A stretch of DNA of 64,000 nucleotides from Phoronis australis (Eukaryota > Animalia > Phoronida), in contig NMRA01000021.1 in assembly GCA_002633005.1 (NCBI GenBank), positions 968,298-1,032,297 of the forward strand, in the 5' to 3' direction. A program made the position numbers and the translations under genes. Positions 38,939 to 52,202 of the stretch are shown here, in pieces (the stretch's first letter is position 1; every line of letters begins with the position of its first letter). Under the pieces are notes generated by a model. The model searched no databases. It saw nothing but the letters and a program-made list of their open reading frames with translations, and was not told the DNA's origin.

Positions 38939-41900
38939 ACAACGGCTAAACCAACCTCCTCTCACGTCTTGGGCTACTGGCTCTCGATTTTTCTTAGTTT
39001 TCAAGAACATGTCCACGCAAAAATAAGTCAGCAGCTCAGATGTCTATGCTCTGTACATTGTTTAACACACGCTGAGAGTGACGTGTGCTAAAAGAAAAGA
39101 ACTCGTCACTATTCATAGCGAGGCTGTTTATCAATTGCAAGACCAAGTTTACATTCAGGGGCTTGAATTCGCCATTAAAATTTTATTGGTTAATTTATTG
39201 AGTGTCTGGCTATGTGATGCTTCTGCGATGTTATTGACAGGATTAGAAATCCAGAGTGCCAATCGAGGATTATTGTAAACAATTACAAACACTGCGGTTT
39301 GTTCTGGCAATCTCGTGGTTTTTCTGTGCACCTGCAGTTGCGATTATCACAGCTTTCATCAGCACTTTTTCAGCACTATACAAGGAGGTAAAAACGATTC
39401 CATGGCAGCGCTTCAAAATTCCAGTTAAAATCCCTTAAACTCCTGTCTCAGACCCAACCAAGCCCGTGGTACAAATTTCCTTACACCTGCGCACCTCAAG
39501 TCCACCTCATATCACGTATTCCCAAAACCCAATGACCAACGTAGTACCTGGGGACCTTATCGAAAGGGTTATGCTTTTGAATGCGTGATCTGGACACTGA
39601 TTGGTCCCCAGACATGGAGTTAGGGAATTCCCATAGATATTGGAGTATATTACAGGTGCGCAGTTAGCTAACCCAGTTAGGTGTTACTTGGTACGAGTGT
39701 AAGCCTCAGTATCATTGCTGAGATTTAAAAGCATAGCTAGGGATCGTTTCCTTTCCCTGCCAGTCATTGTACCACCAGTTTGTAAGAAGTGATGAACTGT
39801 TTAACAGCAGGTCCCGGGGGGGCTATACCTTAGGGCTGTCTAAAAGCGTCTACACCTGACCACAATAGGCCTGTCTTGAAATATCACAGCAACACTTTCC
39901 TTCTTAGGTGGGACTTAACAGTCTTCCCTTATTTTTACCTCATAAGGCAGGGTGAACTGAGGGAAAGCAGTTTATATCTTTTCTACATCAAAACCACACA
40001 ATATGAAACCTATGCAGGCATAAAGCTTGTATACAGTCTAAAATGACAGCCAAAGTGGGTTTCTTTTGCTTTTTTAGCCATCTTGGCAAACCTAGACGGC
40101 CATGCCGAAAAGCGAAAAAATACACAAAAATGGCAGTTTCCAACACAAAACCACGATCGACTCGTACGTAGCTACTAGGCATCAACAGTCATTGCACTCA
40201 GAATGTCAAAACACTCCACGAAATGATAGAGTATTTACGAACAGCCACGGTTGCAAGAAAAGTAGGTCAAGGAGGCAACAAACTGCTTTTTTCAAAAACA
40301 GGCTAAAAACTAAGTGCCATTCGTAACCACCAAACTCAGAGTGAATCTCAAAATGCCCAGCCAATCCAGCAGACGCCACTTTTTATCATGAAACTGGGGA
40401 ACCGCGAATTCGACTTTGGCTTGAACAATAATTAGTGACACCGTACAATATATTTACCCACAATGCAGCTCACGCAGCAAACACTTGTCCTGCTTCTTCG
40501 CATGCAAATGTACTGGTCAACAATGACCGTAATGATGAATTTGTATCATTGCTTTTTAAGTGTTGCAATGGTGACAACAAGAAACTGGCAAACGAAAAAA
40601 CTCAAGATCAGGTGTGCTTCTCTTGTTTATGAACAGAGAGGACGTAGAAAATAGGTCAGTCAAGCATTTTGCTACGTGCTGTATCTCTACCCAAAGGAAA
40701 GTGCAATCCAGATAGATAATAGAATAGACGCTATTTTATCAAGAATTAGAACGTCTTTTGCAGCGAAACTTACAAATGCTTTGTTAAAAACCTGCACTAC
40801 AGTAGTTTGTTTTTTGTAGAGTTTGATAATCTGAAAGTGTCCAAACCCTTTGTAGAGTTAATTTCCTGTCATACTTTCATAGGGATTTTTGTCGTATACC
40901 ATTCCGCCAACTCGGGGGATATTTTGCCGTCTCGCCGGTGTATTGTGTAGTATCAGACGTTTCAATTCCCAGCTGTCATCTCCGGTTGGTATTCTGTTGG
41001 CTTCACAGTATCGGCAGCATCGCCATTCTCGGATTGTAAACAGAAGTAGGGGAGGAGAAAGTGGTCTGCGAAAGCTGAAGCAAAAGCGATCGGAATCTCA
41101 TTTTCCATGTTGCTAGGTTGGTCGAACCGAGTTTTGAACGTATAGCGGAAACCCGGGAAAACAGCCGGAGACGGTGAAACATGACTGTCTAATACACACG
41201 GTGGACGAGAATCGCCGCGAGAACAAAAACGAAATGTGGCCTCACAACGAAACAAATTGCAATAAGCATTGTAAATGTACAAGAAAATACTAAACGGTTT
41301 CTTAAATGTTTTTTCCATCAATGTTAACTCGTTAGTAATGAGTGGCCTAGTTTTGGAACCACTGTCACGTGATGACCAGTCACGGTCGCAGGCGTATCGG
41401 AAATTAAATTGATCCAAGATACCGTAATTTACGTTCATTACCGGTTGTCGGCGATGTGAAACATTTACCTACTTTAATAACAGAATGCGTCTTGGGGCTT
41501 ACCCTGGAAGCAAATTTTTTTGCCATTTACTCTCTATTTAAGAAAAATCAATGTTTTACTGTCGATTGCATCGCAAAGCAAAAATCGGAGTGTTTGCTCT
41601 ACATACTTCTCTACCACGTGACGCCAATGCACATGCGCTGCATATGACCGTTTATGCTATTTATGTTCAAAGTGGATATTGAAAAAATCGGATTTTCAAT
41701 GCTCGTTTTGCATAATGAGGATGGGATATTGAATAAGAGTCCTATTATTGTTTTGCGTATTGGAACTTGAATTCACTGCAGTTAATAAAATTCATTAATG
41801 CTGTGAAAACTCGGTGTTGGGATTTAGACCTATATAGTTAATTAAAGCTATCATATCAAGCGTAATAAGACGTGGACATTTTAATTACTAGATTTCTTGA

Positions 41901-42372
41901 TCTTACATGTAGTGATGAATATCTTTAATTGGAAATGGCCAAGCTACGTTGTAAGTCACATAAGGTAATTATTTTTCCCAGAACTCGGGCAGTCCCCTAT
42001 AGTTGGACGAGACGAAATATTCACTACTTGCACACTTAAGAGGTGCTGCAAAAATGATTGCTGTGTGCTGTAGTTCTCGGTTAAGCGCGCGTGTTCCAAA
42101 CATGCAGAACCACTTGTAGTTTAGACACAGCGCCTCGTTTTCAAACACAAAGGGCGAATTCGTGCAAAAAGTAGTCAAGTCGTGGATCTACGTAGGCGCA
42201 CGCATGTTTCACGTCGACAGTTGCCGTGTTGCAGAGACATTTGTAATGCATGGCTGATTCAACAAGAAAATGTGTTTATAAGAAGGCAAAATTTACATAC
42301 TGCAAATGTACAAAAACGTGCACTGCTTCTCTTCACTGAATAACTGGTACTCGTTAGCAGGTTGGTCCGACA

Positions 42373-44283
42373 TAGTCGGTGGGCCAGATCTCATAGCGTT
42401 CGTCCTTGTGAGTACTTTGGGGGGGGGGGCAACCTAGTTTTTTCTATGTGGCTAGATAATATACCTATAAATCAAATTCCAAAAAGTTTCCAAGTCTACA
42501 CTTGCACATTTTTTTTAAAAAAGGTGTTTTGTTGCACAAAATATTATGCACATTCCTGCCACTTGGTGGCGCTTTTCTATTGAATTGACCAATCAGAGAG
42601 CCAGATTGTGTTGTTGTGCTTAGTTACTTCAATATGGCTGCTCCCATGGAGTGTGATGCCTGTATAATTCAAGGTTTATCAAACAGCACACAATTGGGAT
42701 GCCAGAGCCTAAAGAAGCTTAGGAAAGCTTCCTGACGAAAGCTGATGGACTGTGGAACTCTGTAGGTCAGTAGATCAAAAGGAAGAAGAGGTGTCACAAA
42801 CGTTTGTGCAGAATACAGTTGCATGTCCTGGTATAGCCTACACAGTATACTGCTGAGTGCTGTAGAGACCAAGTGTCACACCAAAAAATTGAAAGGACAT
42901 AGAACCGCATAGCAACGTTTCAAGGCACCAGCAGTAGTACTAAAGCTGAACTTGCTTAAAGTGATACAGATGTTATCCAAGATTTCCCAAGAAAATCATT
43001 TATACTTCCAAAATCTGAAACACCTAATTAACCTGAATCACTGAAGATAGGAACATTCTGAAACATGAGTGCATCAGAAAGCAGGTGTGCATGAAGTTAT
43101 TTGGACAGGCAATCTTAAGAAATAGTTTTGAAGCTACTCACTGTTGTAGTTCGTGCCCGACTAAGAGATACGAAAGTGAATTGAGGCTCGTGTTCAATAA
43201 TTCACTTGCTGACTCAAATTAACACAGCCCATTATAACACATTTTGAATCAAACGTTTGCCCAAATCCTACCCGCCTCCAAGCAAGGACTTAGTATTTGA
43301 CCCTTCATTGCCTGCGGGCCAACCACCAGTGTGCAGTGCTGTACCCTCTCTAATCAACCATAGTTGGCTCCTTGGCGGTGGAGCTTTGCAGTTAAAATGT
43401 ATGGCAATGCCCGCATCTCCACTGACAGTACTAAACGATGAACGCTGCAAGTGCAAAAAACATGTGTGCTGGGAAACTGAGTTTGTGCTGCAATGCTGGG
43501 TCAAACTGTACAGAAATGTGCAGCTGTGACAACTGTAGTAACATCAGCAACCTCCAACCCCGTTATTTCGTTTTTTTTTTGTATTAAAAAATTAATTTTA
43601 TTTGTTGATTAAGTCATAGAAAGTACATACTTTGATCATTGTCATGTATTTGTCTCATATAGCTTGATAAACGCTGTCAGAATAATCTATTATTTTCATA
43701 CAGTCCGTGTGCACATTCACAGAGATCATTCAACTATATTTTTTGTACTATAACGTATTTCTGATGTATTAAGCAAACAAGCTGTATATTACATCATTAG
43801 TCAATGTTTAAGTCATTGAGGCACAAATTTTGCCCAGTCTCAAATGTTTGTGTTATTTTTGTTGCCAGACAATGCCAGAATAACTTCCTAGTAACATTCA
43901 TACTTAGTTTGAATTTTTGCCATTAGGTGTCTCTTTACATTTTTTAAATTTCACTGTTTACAATTAATCTACAATAGTAAAACATGTAATATAAGTGTAA
44001 TATTGTTCAATACAATGGCACTGATGGGACCATATTACTTGTTTTACAAAAAAGTCACCAAAACTGTTGTTTTTACAAATATAAGTTTACTAAGCTCTTT
44101 GATGATTATTCTGTAACTTCAAACTCAAATTTCTCCTAAATGTGCAACTTTATATGTGGGAACTTTTTAGATTTTGAAAACACTCTAATAAATGAATTAA
44201 AAAACACCAAAATAAAATTGCCCCCCTAAAGTACTCACAAAAACCATTTTCTAGAGGCCCTACAAATTCTGGCCCACCGACTA
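42373..44283 (+). mobile_element. Academ-type DNA transposon, degenerate deletion derivative
   Basis: Perfect 16-bp TIR TAGTCGGTGGGCCAGA (42373-42388 / 44268-44283), subterminal inverted TTGTGAGTACTTT.GGGGGG, and 3-bp TSD ACA (42370-42372, 44284-44286). TAG...CTA ends with a 3-4 bp TSD are Academ traits. Confidence 0.85.
43170..43550 (+). pseudogene. Academ transposase C-terminal remnant with CXC (tesmin/TSO1-like) cysteine cluster
   Basis: Frameshifted VNEAR...PPSK...NHSW...LKCMAMPASPLTVLNDERCKCKK, then CCNAGSNCTEMCSCDNCSN in another frame. Confidence 0.7.
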
Positions 44284-44301
44284 ACATAAATGTAGTGGGC
44301 A

Positions 44302-44375
44302 GGCAGTGTGACCTAGCCGGTTGAGTGTCTGGCTCCTGTTCACGAGGTTGTTGGTTCGAATGACACTGGACCCAC
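44302..44375 (+). mobile_element. tRNA-derived SINE head or degenerate tRNA-like sequence
   Basis: A-box-like GTGACCTAGCCGG and B-box-like GGTTCGAATG at tRNA spacing; CAGTG/CACTG stem; cloverleaf imperfect. Confidence 0.5.
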
Positions 44376-46132
44376 TGCTAGGTATCGAGCTCCTCAGCTC
44401 GGTCTCATTTGTGTATGCAAGTATGTCTAACACAACAAAAAAGGTTTCAGGTGACTGGTGCAATGGGCCTGCGCGCGTCTGATGTAACGTTCATTAGACC
44501 ACCTGCTCTATTTTGTGGTCCGCACATTTCGAAAACTAATTTCCAGAGTGAATTGGACTACTAGAGAGGTGAGCAGTCGTGCAGCGCATCAAAATTCGAC
44601 ATTCTGTTCAGTAAAGGTATCCAAGACCTAAGACAAGTTTTATTCAATCGTTTCCCAATGGCGGTTTCTCGTACTTTTGGAACAAGTCTGAGACCGCTGG
44701 TAATTGGATCAGTATCTTCTGTCAGTTTTACCCCCTCCTCACTGACGTAATCACATTTACACCCCTCCCCCCCTCGTTTTTTCAATTCTACCCCTGTTCG
44801 TTGCAAATTGTCTTTCGTCTCTCCCAGTCTCTGAGATTTCCGGCTCCAGAGTTTTACAACGAGTACTGGGAGCCGAAAGTTGCTAGTCCCGAGTTTGTGG
44901 AATGATGCTGCTCGAATTCATATTAAACCTAACTGTTTGTAATTTCTACATGGAAACGAATTATCTTTCAAACCGTGTATCATTAAGTTATCAAATACTA
45001 ACCGTGTAAACATTAATCGAGGTTCCCCGGAAAAAAATTTCTTGACCCCCAAATATTTTTGGGGAATGCAAGGACACGTGACTTTACCAGGATTTTTTTA
45101 CCCGGATCGAAGATCACGATTCGCTTCGATGTGTAACATAAAAGATCAGTTTCATTTGAAATTTTGTCCTCTTAGTTTCCAAATTCGTGTCCAGCAACTA
45201 TAGTGGTGGCGACGAATCAGGGCTCGGAGTGACTTCCTGACAGTCGTGGTAATTAGCTAATTAACGCTAGAGGTTGCCGAAAGATGTTTGAATTTCATCG
45301 GGAGAAGTGAACGCAATAAATTACCTTTTATCGTGTTAGCAGTTAAATAATTCTTGCTGTTCACCCCCCGGGGATAAAACGCCAATAAATAGTCGCAAAA
45401 AAATTACAAAATCAGAGAACAGAAACTAACCCGACACTGGATCTGGTTCAGACTAACTACAGAGACGGTGACGCGGGCGCTGAGTCACAGGCGTAGAAAT
45501 TTTTTATCATCGCCAAATAACAATCACTCACTATATACACAGATCGTTTACAATAAACACGCTATAAAAGCAGAACCCCTGAATTCTCAATAGAATCTTG
45601 TGCTATTCCTTACAGTCTCATTGCGAGATTTCGAAACCAAAGAGCCCGTTTAAAAAAACAGTCTTTACTCTCACGCAAAATTGCGTATCACTTTTCAATA
45701 TTTTAATCGGAATACCGTCACTGTGGGTACCTCTTCGTGTACAAGAAGTGCCAGGCAATTCAAGAGTGACTACCAGCAGTTTACACTATATTATCGCAGG
45801 CATTCTTGACAGCGGCTCACAGTGAATATTTTCTAATGTACGTGCACACTTTGGCCTTTGTGAATCACCTCAAAAATGGTGCGCTAGAAGCTTGAGCATA
45901 TATTTGTCGCTGTAAGCGTGTTTATTGGAACGTGTACACTGAAACATGCCTTTGCATTTATTTTTTACAGCTCTACGTGTATATATGTACTTTATACCGC
46001 TAATAAATTAATAATGCATTTCCTTCATAAACATTTACGGGACATGTGTCGAAGAAATGGAGGTCAGAATTATCGAGGTGTAGACTAGTTTTCGTAAAAT
46101 GAACTTGTTTTGAACATGGCTTTATCTTTCAA

Positions 46133-46257
46133 AGCCTACCCTAGCCTACCCTAGCCTACCCTAGCCCATCCTAGCCTACCCTAGCCTACCCTGGCCTACC
46201 CTAACCTGCCCTAGCCTACCCTAGCCTACCCTAGCCCACCCTAGCCTACCCTAGCCT
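46133..46257. repeat. 10-bp minisatellite (AGCCTACCCT)n, about 12 copies
   Basis: Directly visible tandem units with a few variants. Confidence 0.95.
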
Positions 46258-49200
46258 TCAATCTAACATTTACGCGGAGAGTACTGCGCTTCTGAGAAAA
46301 ATAGGGAACCGGTGAAAATTATTGGCCTGGCTCCCGACGTGAGTCAATGTGAGGCACTTTTAAACTGTGAATTTGGAATTACAATTCTTTTTTTTATCTT
46401 TACGTCTTTCAAAATTCACAAACATGTTATTGATCTGACTCATGTTACTCAGAATATGTACTTCCCTTTCTCCACCGGCGAGAGAAAAGAATGACGAAGT
46501 AATTTTAAAAATATCGGAATGCTCATCAGTTCTGTGGTTTTCTTGTCTGTGCCTGGCACCTGTTCTGTAAATAGAGATCGTGTTCTATAGACACGTTAAT
46601 GAAATCATCACTCAAACATCTATGACGAAAACATTGTAAACTTTCAGAGGCTAATCGACTTCCGTGACCAAGCAACCAAGACTGAACCCTGAAGCAAAAC
46701 CTTGTTTTTTTCTGGTTGTAAATTATATAGCATGTTGACGGCTCTGTGTGCACCATCTTGTCTTTAAACATCATACACCTTGTGCGGAACTGTCGTAAGT
46801 ACACCGTAAGGAGAACGTGTAACCCCAGAATAACGTCTAAAGTTGACTAACGTCCGATCACCATGTCTAAGGACACAAAACTTGCAGATAGTGTGACGTA
46901 CTTCCTGCACTGGTCTCCAAAAAGTCACACGAATCGTTTTAAAATGTTCCACCTGGGCATGCGGGGTATCATAACTGCAACTTCTTAATTTTTTTAAGAA
47001 AAATCAAAGCTTGCATATAATGGGAACAAAAGGATGATTTGGGGATTTCAAATTCGTCAAATTATATAATTTAGCCACGCTGAACCATTGAGACGGAGGA
47101 TGATGAGCGTGGAAATGTTTTCAAACCCCAATGCGCTTCGGTTGAGAATTTAACAGTGACAGCTGAATAGTGGCAAAATTCCCCTTTGAGCGTTTTAACT
47201 GTCTGGAGGTTGGATATTCTAATTTTCCAGAACATACCGTGATCAGAATGTTTCCCGGCCTTTGTGGTTGCAGGCCCTGTTACAAGCACGATTTTTCTAC
47301 ATGTACCATGTAGTTCGAACAGAAAGAATGCGTTTATCACAAAGTTTTTCAAGCAGTTGCAGCCAGCAGCAACTGAAGGACAAGTCATGTTTGTCTTGAT
47401 TTAATAACAGCGATGTTCCTCGAGTTTTTATCAGTTCTATACTATATGTTTTCATGCCTATCCACACACTTTACTTGAGAAGTGCACGTGCTTGCGTTTA
47501 AATAAACGTATATTTATTGGCATTATATTTGTTTAAGAAGTTTGCATATAATAAATATTTCTGCAAATATGCATTTTATACCTGTTAAAAACCACAGGGC
47601 CGTGTTCCTAGAAAACTGACTTAGCTAAGAGGAATCGTAATTTTCAGTCAGTTTTAAGATAAAACTTAAAATTTCCGTTTCGTTAGAAAGAGATCTTAAG
47701 TTTGTCTTAATTGTGAGTAACTTACCGGATGCGGAAGTTTCAGAGTTTGAAAGATGAGACAAATCTTATACTTAAACGACATGGAAAGTTTCCTATACGT
47801 TAACACCTTAACCTGTCGAGACTGGGCAAATCGACCGGTTTGCGCACCACAGAATTTACCGGTTTAGATCAAAGACACCATGCTGTTGTGGTTAATTACA
47901 TGAGAGTCGCATCAGATTCACGGGATATATCTAGACCTATGAATTGTGTATTCGCCGAATTACGGTAGTTCCTGCCTTTTTAGTGGACTTTTGTCTGTTT
48001 CCTAGTTTTTTTTTGGAATTTTTTGTCTCCGAGTCTGAGGCGAACCTTTTTGCTCACTTCGCCAAATGGGGGGGGGGGGTGTGCTCGAAACGTTTGTTTA
48101 ATGTTGCAATAATATGGTTCTCATTAATACCGATGGGTGTGCAGCGTAATTGAACCAATTACCAAACCACGAGGCAGCAGTTTAATTTTGAGTTAAGCCA
48201 AGTGTCAACGTACAACTCTTGGCAAGGACCCCGGGGCTCTATCGTGATTTTTTCTTACACGTGCTATCTGTGTGACACTAGCGCCCAGTGTGTTCTTAGC
48301 GAATTTCAGCACGTGCTTAACACGTTCAGAACCAAAACCCGACTAAAATTTATAGTCTTGTGCGAACCCCGTACATGTACAGTGCAATACTGTCACGTAT
48401 GCTCACGGGCCCAATCGAGTGAATGCCGCGGCGGGCTGCGCCAATATGTGAGGCGTACGTATTGGGTTTCAGCGAAACATTTGAGTAAAAAGTCAGAGAC
48501 AACTTCAGTATCTAACCAAACGTCAATTTACAGGTACCTCGTGCTACGTGTGTCGAAGACAGTGCAGTCGATGTATCGCTTGACGTGCTTCGAATGACTC
48601 ACTACAGGATAGGGATTGATCAAAAGGGGGCGCTTTCTACTGAAGTGAGGGAAGATTTCTCGGGAAGTCTACGCCTGACAATTGCAAAACCGTTGACATC
48701 TACAGTCCGTCTGTCGTTAACAGCCAACGGTTTACAGGTGTAGGCATCCACAATTTGCATTGTTAAATATTATTAGATAATGAATGTGAAGAAAGACTGA
48801 GTTGGCAGCGTACGGAGTTTTGTTTTGTGCTCTGACGTGGTTCGTACTTTTAAAGTTGCTGGACCCGAGATTGGCGAATAAGACTGCTATGAATGAACTT
48901 AAAACCTAATTTTTGTGTGTTTTAATATACCGAAGCGAATCTTGATCGGTGAGCCGGCTACAAAAGATCAACGAAGTTGCGTGTCCTTGCATTATGTTAA
49001 TAATGATCACGAAAAATTTCGGGTCCCCAAACAAAGTTGAACCTCCTTTACTTTTAATGAATACAAAGACATGAATCTTGAGTAGCATGCGCGCGCCCAT
49101 GGGGGGGCTCGGGGGCTCGNCCCCCCCCCCACCCGTTAGGCGAAAAGGTCCGCCTCAGAGAAACAAAAACTCCGAGAAAACTTGACGAGGCAAAGGTCCA

Positions 49201-49370
49201 CTAAAAAGACGCAGTTTACATTTTTGAAGGTAGTACCCCGTTTTTTGTTTAGTCCTGGCGATATTTTGGTCAGCAAAAGGTCCACATCGACAGAAATTCG
49301 AGCCCCCTTGCTCCCATATTGAAGGCATGATGCACGCATGGGGAGGGAGGGAAGGATTTCTCGTACCCCT

Positions 49371-49773
49371 GGGCCCGGTCTCCAATCTTTTTACTCGAAA
49401 TGGAACTCGAAACTAGCTTTGGCATTTTCTACTTTACTTTTGGGCGAACTCAAGATAAGTGTCTATTATTCTATGCTCGAGTACACGATAACTTACGTAG
49501 ATAATTTATTGCCCTTAGTTCACAGCTTGTAAACCCAATATTAAAGCAATAAGTTCGAGTTTGAACTCGAAATTTCGAGTTTTTACTCGAGTTTGTAGCA
49601 CGAATACAAGGGTCTTCAAGGGCAAACTTGAACTAGAAACTCCTATGCATAAACTATAATGTATTCGAGCACAGTCTGATAACCAATTATCTTAAGTTCG
49701 CACAAAAGGAGCAGAGAAATTGTCAAAACTAGTTTCGATTTCGTTTCGAGTACAAAGATTAGAGACCGGGCCC
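49371..49773. mobile_element. Palindromic MITE with GGGCCCGGTCTC termini (PIF/Harbinger-like)
   Basis: Imperfect inverted arms of about 120 bp beginning GGGCCCGGTCTC(C/T)AATCTTT; flanked by CTG/CAG. Confidence 0.75.
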
Positions 49774-51950
49774 AGATCAAAATTAATTGAACTTTTATGA
49801 TTTCCATGAAAAGCTCAAAGGTTGCATAAAACGAGAACAAAACATATTATTAGAAAACTGTAGTGTGTTTGAGATTTCATCTTGAACATTTAGATTAAAA
49901 ATAAAATACTATGTGATTGTGTTGTTACCGCATGGGCCTATATGTATATCTGAAATAATGCCTTTTTTATCCCGGTGGTTCGCCACATATTGGCGCATTC
50001 GCTAAAGTTTTGCTTGTACTTGTAAGCCCAGGCATTTTCACCTGCATAAGCTCATGCAGTGTACAAAAATAAATCTCATATACCGTAAAGATTGTGATGT
50101 AAATATTGTGACGTTTTTCATGAACAACTTTTACTGCATTGCCACGCCTTTAGACCCTTGGGCCTATATCCGAAATCATGTTTTGTCGAGGCTTTTTTAC
50201 TCATGAGGTTCTCATATTGGCAGACGTACCTAAATTTCCCACACAAGCACAGTTCCGCACAAACAGACATCCATGAGCCTAATAGCGGGGCAATACGACA
50301 ACGCCATAGCTTTCCTATCAAGGCACCTTCCTTTAGTGTTAAGTTTACTGAAAAGGTCACATGGCCCAATTAATGGCAGAATGATAAAAGTCAAAAATCA
50401 AATTCTACAACATTTCCGCTACCTTCGGAAATTCACACTTTTACTGACTTAACAGATGCGCACCGATTACAAGTCCGGCAAGCGGCTTGATAGTCTCTTC
50501 TCCAGCTACTAACCGCGGAGGGAGCTACACTGCAACAAACAGACACGATCTGCTGGCACGTTTTGTTAAGGTCTTCTTGGTATTCGTTAGTTAATTTGTG
50601 TTTACGTATTTCCTCGTAAACGTACAGGTAATGTTCACGATGTTACTCGGACATTGACGAACATTGCACCAGGTCACGTAACCATTCTGTCCCATATCTT
50701 TCACTGCATGTGGCAACATAATGTGTTACTATGTCAACGTGAGTGTTCGTCAATCTAAAATCATGATTAATGACACCGACCCACCTTGATGTCCCAGGGG
50801 TGTGCGCACTGTTGCGTAAGGTCATAAATCCTGCAGTCGCATGGCAACCTACAGAAAATATTCGCCAAAATGTCATTTCCCTAGTGCACAGTGTAGTTCA
50901 CATTGTATTTAACACGATTTAATATTTTTGAACGTATCTAAGTAATGGCTAGAGCACCAGATGGCGGCACGTCGATTTGCTCGAACTGAAAGTCCTTCGT
51001 ACTCTATCCTCGTTCCGGACTCAGCGCGTAGATAATCAAGTACCTGATTGACTTCCGTATGTCGAAAGTCACGTGAGTTGACTAACCTGACATATGTCGC
51101 ATTAGTGATGCGCATTTACAACGAATTAACACCAGTATAAGTGGACATGAACGTGGAATTAAAGGGAGAGATATTTTTGTTTTGAAATGATCAATCTATA
51201 CCTTTTATACACTGGGCACGAGTGCTCAGAGTTAAATTATTTATGTACATATAAAGCTATATTTTTTTTAAATCATCGATCACAACACACGCTTGTTATG
51301 TACAAAATAAATAATGCGCAAATGTCTGTAATCACATGACCACGTTTTTTGTAAAAAAAAACGGGATTTTTAACCAACTATTTTTACACAGTCATGGATG
51401 TTTTGCAAGAAAGCTGCAACCTTTTTTATTTTAAATCTATTAGCTGTATATACATGTATGTACAAACGTGTGTCTCAGAACTCGGCTGTCGTCAAAACTT
51501 CCGGAGATCTCGGGGCAAAAGGCCTTAAAAGAATATCCCATGCAAGCTTTTGTAACAATAACGAAACAGATTGTGCAAGTAACAAATGGGGTTAAACATC
51601 TCAATACAAAAATCCTTCCAGGGGTCTAGATTCAAATGTTAGATTGCACAGAAAGGACCTCTGGCGGTATTCGCTGGTCTTACAGCTCATGACACGAAAT
51701 ATTATCGTCGGTCTTCGTCATGCAGAATATTCACCCCGATATTAAAGAAGATCATTTGCCCACCGCAAGGACATTGGCACAAAATACTGTTCCAACAACT
51801 TCATAGATTTTGTGAATTTGTTTGAATGACCAGGATTTTTATGAGGACATTGATTAAAGCTTCCACTATCTCAGACAACGAATGGACGGATCAAAAGTAA
51901 TGGATCATTTCCATGTGTCACATGGTTTAATATGAATTTGAACCGTTTAA

Positions 51951-52202
51951 GGGGACATTCTCGGAGAGAAGTGAGGAATCGATCTCACTTGGTCTGACGC
52001 TGATCCACATCTCAAGTATTAAGCACGTGTATCTTCGTGTCTTGGTTTCAGCATATGTCACTGTGAGAATTGGTGATTTGTCACAAAAAACACAACGGAT
52101 TTTTTGTAAATTTGACCAAAGTTAATAATTTCAAGAAGACTATCACATCTAACGATAATCCAAAAAAATGTTTCTTTTGGCCGTAAAACCGACAATGCCC
52201 CT
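51951..52202. mobile_element. TTAA-flanked MITE (Kolobok-like)
   Basis: TTAA|GGGGACATTCTCGG...CCGACAATGCCCCT|TTAA; its 3' ~130 bp resemble 5800-5948. Confidence 0.65.

Noticed and set aside
40962-41438. 158-aa minus-strand ORF
   Set aside because: No recognisable motif or supporting splice structure.
44302-44375. Functional tRNA gene
   Set aside because: The stems are imperfect, the B-box is degenerate and there is no oligo-T terminator directly downstream; a SINE head fits better.
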